From: Felis catus
Lineage: Eukaryota
DNA length: 64,000 nt
NCBI RefSeq assembly: GCF_018350175.1
Contig: NC_058369.1
Location: 1,116,001 to 1,180,000, forward strand
Direction of reading: 5' to 3'
Part shown: positions 39,041-51,450 of the stretch, in pieces
Layout of the letters: each line of letters opens with the position of its first letter
Numbering within the stretch: position 1 is the first letter of the stretch
The notes under the pieces: generated by a model
The model's database searches: none
What the model saw: only the letters and a program-made list of their open reading frames with translations
What the model was told of the DNA's origin: nothing
Made by a program: the position numbers and the translations under genes

Positions 39041-40549
39041 AACCAAGCCCAGGCGGCTTCAATGTCTTCTCAGATCCAGGGCCAAACAGCAACACTGCCC
39101 TGGTGCTGGGGAAGCTTAGAGGGTCTGGAGTTGGGGCAGCACAGCAAAGACTGCTTTTGAGAGAAGGCCTGGCTGAGAGTCCGTGGGCAGGCAGGAGCCC
39201 CCCGCAACCCGGGAAATGAAGGGGCACACCAAGGTGGAGAAGCCCCACTGCCCAAGCCAGAGACACAGCATGGCATCCTCCGCTCCCCCTCTGCCGGGGC
39301 CTGATGGGTCTCCATCCAACCAACGCCCGGTCCACGCAGCCACCACCTTGCACCTGGACGGCTGTGCGGTCCTGTTCATTGCCCGCCCGCACTCTCCCCC
39401 AGCAGCCACAGGATCCCTCTCCCGGCACAAACCTGAGATAAGAAAGCACACCTTTTCTCTGGACGCCCTCTGGCTTCCTGCCACTTCCAGGTGGAAACTG
39501 AAGCCTTGCCACAGCCTGCCAGGGCCCACCTCTGCGGCCTCACTCCCCCTCGACCTCCCCAGACAAGCCAGAGCCCAGGCAGTTGCCCAGCCAGGGACCC
39601 CCTCCCCGATCTCCACTGGCCAGCCCTTGCCCCCTGTCCTGCCCACCCTTCAGATCAACCTCCCAGCGCCCCTGGAGAGGCCTTCCAAACCACGGGGAGA
39701 TCCCACAAGCTCTCCTGGTTCCAGTCTGTCCCCACAGCACCTGCCACAGCTTGTATTTACCTGTCTGACCACCCCCGACAGCAATCAAAGAGAAACCCCA
39801 TGAGGGCAGGACAGCTACCTGTTCTTATCCAGTGAACCCTGGCTGAACAAGAGAGCAAGTGACAAGAGGTAAAGAGAAAAGAGGGAAGCTAGTCTGCCAG
39901 CTTTGACAGGGAAGGAGGACAGTCTTTTCTTAGGCCATGAACGCCTGGGGCCTCCCGTGCGACATTTATGAGTGTCCCTAGGCATGCCCTGCGAGCGGCA
40001 ATTCGGTCCACGAGCGCGGACTGGGCACTCTGCCGCCAGGCCCCGTAAGGGCTGCTGGTGTTCTGAGCACCAACGAGGAAACAAACAACCGCGATACTCG
40101 AGGATGACCTAAATACGCTCGGCCTGGCGGCACCTCACCCAGCCAGTCAGGGTGGGAAAGCTGCCTGGAGTAAGGTGCAGTCTGAGAGGTGCACAGAAAG
40201 TGACCGAGTGGCAAGGAACAGGGCACTGCAAAACCCCAGAAGTGGCGGCGAGTTCCAGGAACTGCAGATCTCCCTGTCGAGCGGACGCTGGGAGGAAGAG
40301 GTGAGCAGAGGGGTCCCAGAGGGAGCCAGGGCTGGGTCAGGCTGGGTCAGGCCGCGCCCGTGAGCCCTGCTGCAGAGTTTGGACTTCATCCTGGAGGAAA
40401 CGGGGAGCCCTGGAGTCCTGGGCGGAGCATGGACGGGCACCACGGGTTAGGGGCTGCGGTACGTCCCCTGGCTGCAACCTGGAGATCAAACTGGAGCGAA
40501 GACCGGGAAGCCTACCCCGGTGTCCCAGGCGGCCAGAGGACGCCCGCGA

Positions 40550-41400
40550 AGGGGTACAGGCGTCCGGGAGACGTTTAGGAAGGAGGACTCCGCTAAGGGA
40601 TGCTGCGGCGGGCCCGGGTGTCGGGCTGGGGCGGGAAACTAGGTAGAGTCCGCGACTCGGACGGCCCCGGCCCGGAGGCGGGGGCCGCGTCACCAGAGGA
40701 GTGGGCGCTCACCCCACATCCGAGACCTCAAAGGACCGGGGGACAGGGCTCTGCCGGGGTCGCCACGTTGGCCCGCGGTCCCGGTCCCCGGTCGGCGGGT
40801 CCTACAGCCGGGACCGCGGCCTCCCCAGCAGTGAGGGGTCTCGGGGGCGTCCCACCCGGCTGTCCCGGCCTCGCGGGCAGGCCCAGCTCCCCAAACGGCC
40901 GCGGGCGGCACCGAGGTCTCCCCGCGCCGCCGCGCTCGCCCCTGTTCGGCACTCACCGCCGCGGCCCGCGCCCCCCGGCCCCGGGGCCGCGCTCCATGGC
41001 TCCCGGCCGCCGCCCGTGCGTCCGTCGGTCCCTCGGCACCCCGGCCCGGCCTCCTGCGCCGCCGCCGCCGCCGCCGCACCCCCACAGGCGGAAATGAGCC
41101 TCGATCCCGCCACCGCCCCGGAAGTGACGCAAGGTACGCGCGGGGGCCGAGGGGCTGCGGACAGGCGCTGGCGCTGCAGGCGTCCGGGGACCGGGGGGCG
41201 GGCTTGGAGGCGGGGGCGAGCGTGGAGTAGGCGGGGCCTAGTTATGGTTGGTGGATGTGGGCTTGGGGGCGGGCCTGGCTCGCTGGTGGGGCGGGGCATG
41301 GGGGGTGGGCGGGTTCGGCTGCCGTGGGCGGGCGTGGCAGGGCGCGCGGGGCGGAGTTAAGGGTTGCAGCCCAGGTTTTCCGCAGAGACACGGCCATTCA
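40550..41400 (-). promoter_or_regulatory. ABHD17A: ABHD17A CpG-island promoter and exon 1 (~41100 to 40957)
   Basis: Donor GCG|GTGAGT at 40957/40956; ETS-CRE composite CCGGAAGTGACGCA at 41118-41131; multiple GC boxes. Confidence 0.85.
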
Positions 41401-41419
41401 TTCGTTCTTTCACTCATTC

Positions 41420-42580
41420 CGGGGCCAGGAGTAGAGTGAGGCGAGTGAGGCACTCGCTTCGGAACGAAATTTACAGAGGCGCCAGAAAACTCTGTAATCA
41501 AGATAAAAATAGTAATGGACTATCAAAAAATAAAATTTTACTAGAGCCAGGGCCCTGACAGGGTGAGGACGGCGAGGCAAGGTCATGCTAGTGCAGGGTC
41601 TGGTCCTACCTTTTTAAAAATCTTAATATTTTGTCCATCGTGGATTATTTTGCATTCGTTTCAGCTTTTTATTTTTTTATTTTTATACTGTTTTAAGTGT
41701 ATTTATTTATTTTGAAAGAGAGAGAGAGTGAGCACAAGCAGGGGAGGGACACACACAGAGAGAGAGAATCCCAAGCTGGCTCTGCACTGTCAGCACGGAG
41801 CCCGACTAGGGGCCTGAACCCACGAACCGTGAGATCATGACCGGAGCCCAAGTCGTTCGCTCAACCGACTGAGCCACCCAGGTGCCCCTAGTTTCAGCTT
41901 TTAAAATATTGGATTAAAATACTATGTGGGTGGCAGTCAGTTAAGCATCTGACTTCAGTTCAGGTCATGATCTCACGGTTTGTGGGTTCTTCGAGCCCCG
42001 CGTCAGGCTCAGTGCTGACAGCTCAGAGCCTGGAACCTGCTTCGGATTCTGTGTCTCCCTCTCTCCCTGCCCTTCCCTGCTCACACTCTCTCCCTTTCTG
42101 TCCAAAAATAAATAAATGTTTAAAATTTTTTAAAAAATAAGGGGCGCCTGGGTGGCGCGGTCGGTTAAGCGTCCGACTTCAGCCAGGTCACGATCTCGCG
42201 GTCCGTGAGTTCGAAACCCCGCGTCAGGCTCTGGGCTGATGGCTCAGAGCCTGGAGCCTGTTCCTGATTCTGTGTCTCCCTCTCTCTCTGCCCCTCCCCC
42301 GTTCATACTCTGTCTCTCTCTGTCCCAAAAATAAATAAACGTTGAAAAAAAATTAAAAAAAAAATACTATGAACCTTGGGGCGCCTGGCTGCCTCAGTTG
42401 AGCGGGGCATTTGACTCTCAATCTCAGGGTCTTGAGTTCAAGCCCCACATTGCACATCAAGCCTACTCTGAAGAAAGAAATGCACAAGCTTTGAGTCTTC
42501 GTAGATGAGCTTTTTCTTTGTGTCCCTTAAACTTTGTGCCTTCAGGGAGTGCTTCCTGCCCCGGCCCTAGTCCAGTCTCA
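41420..42580. mobile_element. MER96B-like hAT element split by four CAN-SINE insertions
   Basis: Left end 'ggggccaggagtagagtgaggcgagtgaggcactcg' and inverted right end 'gagtgcttcctgccccggccctagtccagtct'. SINEs at ~41700-41888 (-), 41928-42135, 42141-42365 and 42378-42475 (+). Confidence 0.65.
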
Positions 42581-43549
42581 GCTCCCGCTGCAGGGAGGGA
42601 GCAGAACATTAAACAAGGAAGGAACAGAAGCTGAATAAGGATGAGAGTTGGGAGCCAACTGGGGAACGTGGCGGAAGTTTACTGATGAGCCTCTGTTGAG
42701 AGGGTGATCAGGCCCAGCCTTCAGAAGAGGTGACAGGGACGGAGGCAGAGTCTGCAGAAGCCAACAGAGCCCAGCCTGGAGGCAGGATTGTGAATTAGTT
42801 GGACGGCCCTGCCCTTCCAGGCCTCCACTCTGCCCCCTCTGCCTGCATGCAGGACTTTTCCAGCTCAAAAATGCTCCCACCACAAGCCCCAGCTCCCTCT
42901 TCTCCCCAGGGACTCTAATCTTCAGTTTTGTTTACAGAGATAAGCCTGAAGCTCTGGGCTTCCCAGCCAGCCCTCCCCCAGGCCCCAGATCTCTGGACAG
43001 GGGCCAGAAGAGGACCTGGGCTCGGGGGTCCAGGCTGCCCAGGGTGGCTTCCTGTGATTTCCTCTGGCCACCTTCCCCAGCTGTGTGTCAGGGGGCTGTC
43101 CAGAGGGGCCCCACAGTGCCCCTGCCCAGCTGCCTCCGTCAAGCTCAAGTTCCTCTGAACTCCAAAGGTCACAACTATGCCAGGTTCCTTGATGTCCTCG
43201 TGACTTCTCTGAGCAGGAAGAGGCTTGTCCACAGCCTCCTTCTCCAGCCCTCCTTCCTCTCCTGCCCCTCTCCCTGTGGGCTGCACCAATATGCCTCAAG
43301 GGGAATGCTGCCGGTTACGAGTGAAAAGGGGGGAGGGGGGATGAGGCTCCATTCCCACCCAAATGAGATCTGCTGAGCTCGGTGAGCTTCCCCCACTGAC
43401 CAGAGCAAACTCTGCAAAGACACAAGCACTGCTGTAAACCTCCCAGTGTTTCAGTACAGTCACCTCCATTTTCCTCCCTTCCCAAGGGTCCTGGGTGGTC
43501 CAGACGCCAGCCCATTTTTTCCTACCCCTTCAGCCCCAGCCATGCTGGC

Positions 43550-46500
43550 CTTCCCAAGTTTGTTCCTGCCTCAGGGCCTTTGCACCAGCAGCACCTACTG
43601 CTTGCGGTGCCCTGTCCCCAGATAGCCCCGCGGCCAACATCTTCTCATTTCAGGCCTCAGGCCTCGCTCGCACATCACCTCCTCAGAGAGCCCACCCTGA
43701 CCACCCCCAGCCAGAGTCCTTACCACGTGCACCGCCATCCCGTGGCCTCATTTATTTCCATCATAGAACTTACCATTTGTGATCTTTTATTTACATTTAT
43801 TTATTTTAAGAGAGAAAGAGAGAGAGTCAGAGAGAGAGAAACCCAAGCAGGCTTTGTACTGTCAGCACAGAGCCCAATGTGAGGCTCAATTCCACAAACA
43901 GTGGGCTCATGACCTGAGCCGGACCCACAACTGACCGAACCACCCAGGCACCCCGATCTCTGGTCATTCTGGGGGGTTGTTTCCTTGAATATCCCATCTT
44001 CCCCACATGCCATGAGCTCCTTAGGGCAGCGACCCAGGCTCTCGTTCACCATGTCCCCAACTGTCCCCCATGATGTCTGACAAATGTGTGGATGCATGAC
44101 ACTTGGGATGAGGATAATCCGACGGCTTTTGTGAGCATCTGAGCGGCACCCAGCATAGATCTCAAGCGGTCTTGACCCTGGACTTCTTCTCCTCTGCTGA
44201 CCTGAGACACAGCCTGGGTCACAGGAGTCAATGGTCTTAAAAATGCTCCTACCCTGGAGCCCTGAATTCCAACCAAGTGCCATCCAATAAGGAACGTATT
44301 AGCCCCATGTGGCTATTTAAATTTAAATGAATTGATTAAAAGTAGGGGCCCCTGGGTGGCTCAGTCCCTTGAGCCTCGGACTTCAGCTCAGGTCATGATC
44401 TCACAGTTCGTGAGTTCAAGCCCTGCATCAGGCTCTGTGCTGACAGCTCGGAGCCTGGAGCCTGCTTCTGATTCTGTGTCTCCCTCTCTCTGCCCCTTCC
44501 CCGCTCATGCTCTGTCTCTCTCTGTCTCTCAAAGATGAATAAACATTTAAAAAAAAGTTTTAATGAATTGATTAGAAGTAAATAAAATTTGGGCTGCCTG
44601 GGTGGCTCAGTTGGTTAAGCCTCTGACTCTTGATTTTGGCTCAGGTCATGATCTTGTGGTTCCTGGGATCGAGTCCCGCATTGGGCTCTGGCAGTCTGCT
44701 TGGGATTCTCTGTCTCCCTCTCTCTCTGCCCCTCCCCTGCTCACGTGCCTGAGTGCACACGCTCTCTCTCTCTGTCTCTCAAAAATAAAAAATAAACACT
44801 AAAAAAGTAAATAAAATTTAAAATTCAGTTCTTCAGTTGCAAGGACCCATTTCAAGTGTTCAAGAGCCACAGGGCAGCTGGTAGCTCCCAGATGATACAG
44901 ATAGAGAATGTGTCCATCGCCCAGAAAGTTCAAGAAGCATCGACCTAGCCAGTGAGCTCCAAGAGGAAAGGTATCTGTGTCTGTTTTGTTCCTGGTTGTA
45001 TTTCCAGTGCCTGAGTCAGGTTTTAACATTCAGTAAGTGCTCAATAAATGTTGATGGAAGGAGAGAAGGGAGGGTGGGAGGGGAGGAAAAGAATTCTCCT
45101 TCTCAGGATCTAAGCAAATAATACAGAAAGAGGGCGGCTAATTCTGCCCATAGCTGTCCATCCCTGCATTAGTTACAACGGTGAAGCACATAACGACGTC
45201 CTCAAAGCGTAGCAGGCGACAGAATTAAAAAAATCGTGGTCTACTCTTGATTTCAAAATTAAAAAACACAAACAAGCAAAAATGCAGCCCTGTGATATGG
45301 AGACCAATACAAGGCTCTTTGGGTTTTGTTTTTTATTTGTTTGCTTGTTTACTTATAAAACATTTTTTAATGTTTATTTATTTTTGAGAGACAGACAGAG
45401 CGCAAGCAGGGGAGGGGCAGAGAGAGAGACACACACAGAATCCGAAGCAGGCTCCAGGCTCTGAGCCATCAGCACAGAGCCCGACGCAGGGCTCGAACCC
45501 ACAAACCGCAAGATCCTGACCGGAGCTGAAGTCGGATGCTTAACCGACCGAGCCACCCAGGCGCCCCTGTTTGTTTGTTTTTAATATTTTATGTTTACTT
45601 GCATTTATATAGGAAATATACTTGCATGGTTCAAAATAAAGGGTCCGGGAGACAACGCATAAAGTGTCCTGCTTTCGGTCCTGTCTCCCAGGACAAGGAT
45701 GATCCCATCCCAAGGCAGCCAATGTTCAGTTGCTTCTGTTTCTGTGCTGGGAAATCTATGCATCTGTGTGCACCCGGGAGCAGGTGCAAAGAGATCCTCC
45801 CTCATTTTAAAAACTCTTAAACACGCATAGTAGCCTTCAGCCAACACTGCACGGGTGGTCACTTCTGCCTTGGCCCAGCCGCAACCTTCTCGTGCAACCC
45901 CCAGGCTGGTCCACCGCTTGGGGACTCCCATCCCCTCCTGATGAACGAACAGAAACGACATGTGGGGCATTGCACACTGGTGGGCGGGGACCAGCAGGGA
46001 AGATCCCTGGAGGCAGAGGATTCCAGGGAGGAGGTCGAAGGTCCGGGAAATGAAGAACCCACAGGTCCCCCTCTGAGAAAAACACGCCACCATGAGAACG
46101 GCCAGCAGTGCAGGGAGATGAGATTTCTGGTGGCTGTTTTCCGTTCTTTGCACTTTGGTGTGGCTTTTGAGTTTGTTTGGGTCTTGCTTGGCAGAGGATG
46201 GGTTTGACTGTTATGATCAGGCGGAGGCTGAAATAAAATGAAATGGCTTAAAGAAGACTGGCCGTTAAAAAAATTAAAGTGGGGGGGGCGCCTGGGTGGC
46301 TCAGTCGGTTGAGCACCCGACTGCGGCTCAGGTCATGATCTCACAGCTCGCGAGTTCGAGCCCCGCGTCGGGCTCTGTGCTGACAGCTCGGAGCCTGGGG
46401 CCTGCTTCCGATTCTGTGTCTCCCTCTCCCTCTGCCCCTGACCCACTCACATTCTGTCTCTGTCTCTCTTAAAAATAAATAAACATTAAAAAATTAAAAA

Positions 46501-46720
46501 AAAATTAATGTTGGGGCCCCCGGGTGGCTCAGTTGGTTAAGCGTCCGACTTCAGCTCAGGTCACGATCTCGGGGTTCGTGAGTTCAAGTCCCGCGTCAGG
46601 CTCTGCACTGACAGCTTGCTCGGAGCCTGGAGGCTGCCCTTGGAGGCTGCTTCTCTCTGCCCCTCCCCCGCTCACACTCTCTCTGTCTCTCTCAAAAATA
46701 AATAAACATTAAAAAAAATT
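43550..46720. mobile_element. Repeat cluster: L2 fragments, MER3-like element (~44275-44945) and six CAN-SINEs
   Basis: L2 'cagggcctttgcacc' and 'cagtaagtgctcaataaatgttg'; MER3 'ccatgtggctatttaaatttaaa...aaattcagttcttcagttgc...atttcaagtgttcaagagccac'; SINE heads at 44345, 44591, 46286, 46513 (+) and ending 43955, 45568 (-). Confidence 0.75.
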
Positions 46721-46804
46721 TTTTTAATTAATGTTTAGACTTCTTGGCATCTGCCCAAGAGTGAGAGCAGGGACTTGAACCGGGGAACACACCTGCCACG
46801 AAAG

Positions 46805-47155
46805 TTAGGACGTCCTGCCACCTGCCACCGCGTGGAGGGACCCGGAGGACACTGTGTGCGGTGACAGAAGCCAGACAGAGAAGGACACGTCCCGCGTGAC
46901 CCCACGCACAGGGGGTCCCCAGAAGAGTCCCATCCACAGAGACAGAAAGCAGATGGTGGGAGCCAGGGGTGGGGCAGGGGGCGGGGAGTCCGTGCTTCAT
47001 GGGGACAGGGTCTTGGTCTGGGGAGATGGAAAGTTCTGGAGACGGATGGTGGGGGCTGCTGCACCACAGTGTGACTGCGCCTGATGCCGCTGATCTGTGT
47101 GCTTGGAAAGGGTTCAGATGGTGAATTTGATGTTATGTGTATTTAACCACAGTAA
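46805..47155 (+). mobile_element. L1M (L1MB-like) 3' end, GC-rewritten
   Basis: Near-identical core to 6642-6719; ends 'gatggtgaatttgatgttatgtgtatttaaccacagtaaa'. Confidence 0.75.
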
Positions 47156-47209
47156 AGTAGATAAATACAAGTTTATGGAGCCACGAGGTATGGGGAGAGC
47201 CCCAGATGT

Positions 47210-47410
47210 TCAGGGCGGCACCAACTTCGGGGGGCTGGGACCTGTGCAGTCGCCCAGAGCCTCAGGCTCCGAAGGGTCCCACTCGTGGTTTATTGCTCTG
47301 TGGCTGCTGTCTTGAAATTCCTACTGATTTTTGAACAAAAAAATTTCATTTTGAAATTTTCAAAATTTTCATTTTGGACTGCGATCTGCAAATTACGTGG
47401 CCGCTCCTGG
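47210..47410. mobile_element. MER91A-like hAT MITE
   Basis: 'gacctgtgcagtcgcccagagcc...ggtttattgctctgtggctgctgtcttgaaattcctac...caaattacgtggccgctcctg'. Confidence 0.55.
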
Positions 47411-47729
47411 TTTGTGGAATGGATAGGGAAGCCCAAATTCCGGGTCTGGGGCCCTAGAAACACCCCAACTTGCAAGTCTGTCTTTACCCGACCCTGAGAG
47501 GACAGAGCGAGCGAGACCCAGTCAGGAAGTGGGCTCCTGACAGGGGTGAGGAAGGAAGTGGGGGGTGACTTAAAATAGCACCACTCACCCAGCTGCCTAG
47601 GGGTGGGGTGGGGAGGGGGGGCTACACAGGAGGGGGCACCAGGAGGCCAGGGACTTCCCAGGAAGCCTCTCCCGGGAATCCAGCCCTCTCCTTCTCCCAA
47701 GTTGGCCAGACTCCTCACCCCTGCCCCAC

Positions 47730-47880
47730 CCATGCCTCCTGTCCCTCCTGGGCCTCCTGTCCCTTCTGTTCCACTGCCCTTCCTGTCCCTCCTGTCCCCC
47801 TCTCCTCGTGTCCCTCCTGTCCCACTGCCCCTCCTGCCCCTCCTGCCCCTCCTGTCCTCTGTCCCTCCTGTCTGTCCCAC
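47730..47880 (+). repeat. Pyrimidine-rich degenerate ~9-mer repeat (CCTGTCCCT)
   Basis: Direct. Confidence 0.8.
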
Positions 47881-47937
47881 TGCAGGAGTAGGGCTTGGAA
47901 GCAGAGAAGGAGGTGCTGGGAGGAGCCCCTGGGAGCT

Positions 47938-48995
47938 TGTATTAGTCGGGGTTCTCCAGAGAAACAGAACCACAAGACATATAAGAATATGAGAATGCAG
48001 CGGGCGCCTGGGTGGCTCAGTTGGTTAAACGTCCAACTTCAGCTCAGGTCATGGTCTCATGGCTCGTGGGTTTGAGCCCCTCGTCGGGCTCTGTGCTGAC
48101 AGCTCAGAGCCTGGAGCCTGTTTCAGATTCTGTGTCTCCCTCTCTCTCTGCCCTTCCCCCACTCGTGCTCTGTCTCCTTCTGTCTCTCAAAAATACATGC
48201 CAAAAAGGTTTAAAAAAACAAAAAAGAATATGAGAATGGGATGCCTGGGTGGCTCAGTCAGTTAAGTGTCCAAATCTTTTTTTTTTTTTAAAGTTAATTT
48301 ATTTATTTTGAGGGAGAGGTGGGGGTGCAGAGAGAGGGAATACAGAATCCCAGGCAGCCTCCGTGTCCAGAGTCCAATGCAGGGCTGGAACTCACAAAGG
48401 TGAGATCACGACCTGAGCCGGAATCAAGAGTCTGGCATTTAACCATCTGAGCCACCCAGGCGCCCCTTAAACGTCCAAATCTTGATCTTGGCTCAGGTCA
48501 CGATCTCACTGTTTGTGAGATCGAGCCCCGAGTCAGGCTCTGTGCTGTGCTCACGGCTCAGAGCCTGGAGCCTGCTTCGGATTCTGTGTCTCCCTCTCTC
48601 TCTGCCCCTCCCCCGTTCTTGCTCACATTCTCTCTCTCAAAAAAAAAAAAAAAAAAAAAAAAAGAACATGAGAACGGCTATACGGACGGGGACTTACTAT
48701 GAGGAATTGGACCGTGCAGTTATGGAGGCTGGAAGTCCCACGATCTGTCATCCACAGGCTGGGGACCCGGGAGGGGCTGGTGGTGTGGGTCCCAGGCCGG
48801 GGCTCAGCCTCAGTGCCCAGGCAGAAGACACAAATTCTCCCTCCCTTCACATTCTTTCGAGTTCAGGTCCGTGACCGACTGGAGGATGCCCACTCAGCAG
48901 GGGGTGGTGTCTCTGCTCTGCTGAGGCCACCAACACGCGTCATAATCTCGTCCAGAAACATCCTCGCAGACACACCTGGAAATAACATTTAGACA
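47938..48995. mobile_element. MLT2-like ERVL LTR containing three stacked or nested CAN-SINEs
   Basis: 'tgtattagtcggggttctccagagaaacagaacca' ... 'tatgaggaattggaccgtgcagttatggaggctggaagtcccacgatctg' ... 'catcctcgcagacacacctggaaataacattta'. Confidence 0.75.
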
Positions 48996-49199
48996 ACGAA
49001 GATATGCCTTAGAAAGTAGCGTGCATGTATCTCACCTGCATAGCTTAGTCAAAGTACACACGCACAGGCCGAGCTAGGCAGGCAGCACGAAGGGGTGGGG
49101 TTGCCGGGGCCTGGGGAGGGTGGGCACGGGTGGGGCACAGGGCAATTTTAGGGAGTGAAACAACTCTATGGTGCGGACGTGTCTATAACACGGGTGGGG

Positions 49200-49520
49200 G
49201 AGCTGGTCACACGCCCTGTCTCCTAGAGCTGGGGGGTCTGAGATCAGGGTGTCTGCCGTTTTCTCCTGAGGTCGCTCTCCTCGGTGTATGGGTGCTGTCT
49301 TCTCCCAGTGTCCCCACAGGGTCATCCCTCTGTGTGCCTCTGTGTCCCCGTCTCCTCTTGTTATGAGAACACCGGTCACACTGGATCAGGGCCGCCCTTG
49401 TGACCTCGTTTTAATGTAATCACCTCTTTAAAGATTCCGTGTTTAAACAGTCACATTCTGAGCTCTTGGCAGGTTCAAGGTATAAATGGGGGGCGGGGCG
49501 CAGTTAGGTCTATAACAGGT
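49200..49520. mobile_element. MLT1-like MaLR LTR fragment
   Basis: 'tctcctcttgttatgagaacaccggtcacactggatcagggcc...tgacctcgttttaatgtaatcacctctttaaaga...cagtcacattctgag'. Confidence 0.7.
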
Positions 49521-50059
49521 GCTTATCTATTCAGGAGTTGATTTGCGTGGTCAGAGAATATGCATGAATATAGCTTTAACGGAAACTGCCGAAGGGTTTT
49601 GCAAAGTGCCGGCACTCTCTGGCTCTCTTGGCTTCTCCTCCGTGAACCTCTGAGTTCACCAAACTCCAACCTGCAGGATCTTGTCCCTGCTTTGACTATG
49701 CTGAGCCAGGCTCCGCCTCAGGACCTTTGCACTGGCTGTTCCCCATGCACGGAATGCTCTCCCACAGAAAACATTGCATTGTTTGGGGCTGTGGGAAAGT
49801 GTCACCTCCATAGAGATGTCTTCCCTGACCACTTCGTGTACCTTAGCCTTTCAGTCCCTGTGAAGGCCACACCTGCCTCCAGCCCTCCGCGGAATACTCA
49901 CCCCAACGGCACGACCTCTCCCTTCTTTTGTCCTCCTTGACTGTCATCTGTCCCCTTCCATTGCTCAGGAGCTCTGCTGGGCAAGGATCAAGTCTGTTTT
50001 CCAGAGCCCTGTGTCTAGAGCCCAGGAAAGGAGCTGGTGCATAGTAGGTGCTCAATAAT

Positions 50060-51416
50060 CATTGTCACCTCCACATCTTGAGTCATCAGGGAAATGCAAA
50101 CCCAAAGCATACTGAGATGATTCTTCACACCTGCTAGGACAGCTACCTTCAAAAAGACAGGCCATCGGGGCGCCTGGGTGGCTCAGTCGGTTGGGCGGCC
50201 GACTTCGGCTCAGGTCATGATCTCGCAGTTCGTGAGTTCGAGCCCTGCGTCGGGATCTGTGCTGACGGCTCAGAGCCTGGAGCCTGCTTCGGATTCTGTG
50301 TCTCCCTCTCTCTCTGCCCCTCCCCCGTTCATGCTCTATCTCTCTCTGTCTCAAAAATAAATAAACGTTAAAAAACAAAAAAAAAGGCCGTAACAAGTGC
50401 TGGTGAGGGTACGGACACGTCAGAACCCTCGCACACAGGCAGGTGGAGGCCCGAAACGGTGTAGTCGCTGCGGAAAACAGGCCGGCTGCTCCTCCGAGGG
50501 TTAAACACGGAGTTGCCATCCGATCCAGCGAATGAAAGCACATGTCCGCACACAAACTTGTGCACACGTGTTCCCAGAAGCACTACTTGCAATGGCCAAG
50601 AAGTGGACGCAGCCCAAATGTTCACCCTTTGATGAACGGAATGTGGTCCAGCGCGCTGGAATAGTATTCAGCTGTAAAAAGGAGAGGCATGCTGGCACAC
50701 AGAGGGGGTGAGCCCTGAGAACATCACACTCGGTGAAAGGAGACACAAAGGGACAGATGCTGTGTGTCCCACTCACATGAAATGTCCAGAAGGAGCAAAT
50801 CCGTAGAGTCAGGGGAATTGGTGGGTGTCAGGGGTCTGGTGTGGAGGGTGACTGCTGATGCAGTCTTTTCAGAGAGATGAAAATGTTCTGAAATACATTA
50901 TGGCCACGGATGCACAGCTCTGCGAATGTACTAAAAATCACTGAACTGTACACACTTTAAATTTTTTTTAACGTTTATTTATTTTTGAGACAGAGAGAGA
51001 CAGAGCATGAACGGGGGAGGGGCAGAGAGAGAGGGAGACACAGAATCCGAAACAGGCTCCAGGCTCGGAGCCGTCAGCACAGAGCCCGACACGGGGCTCG
51101 AACTCACGGACTGCGAGATCGTGACCTGAGCCGAAGTCGGCTGCTCAACCGACTGAGCCCCCCAGGCGCCCCTGAACTGTACACTTTAAATGGGTGAATT
51201 TTTTGGTAAGTTTTTATTTATTTAAGTAATCTCTACACCTAGCGTGGGGCAGGAGTTCACCACCGAGATCAAGAGCCGCACGCTCCACTGACCGAGAAGC
51301 CCGGGGCCCCTAAATGGGTGAATTGTATGGTATGTGAATTCTATCTTTATACAGATGTTGCAGAAATTGATAATTGTGTCTAATTACTTAATTTTTTAAG
51401 TTCATTTATACATTCT

Positions 51417-51450
<34 letters not shown>

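Noticed and set aside
47290-48075. Pro/Leu-rich and Gly/Arg-rich ORFs
   Set aside because: Derived from the CT-rich simple repeat.
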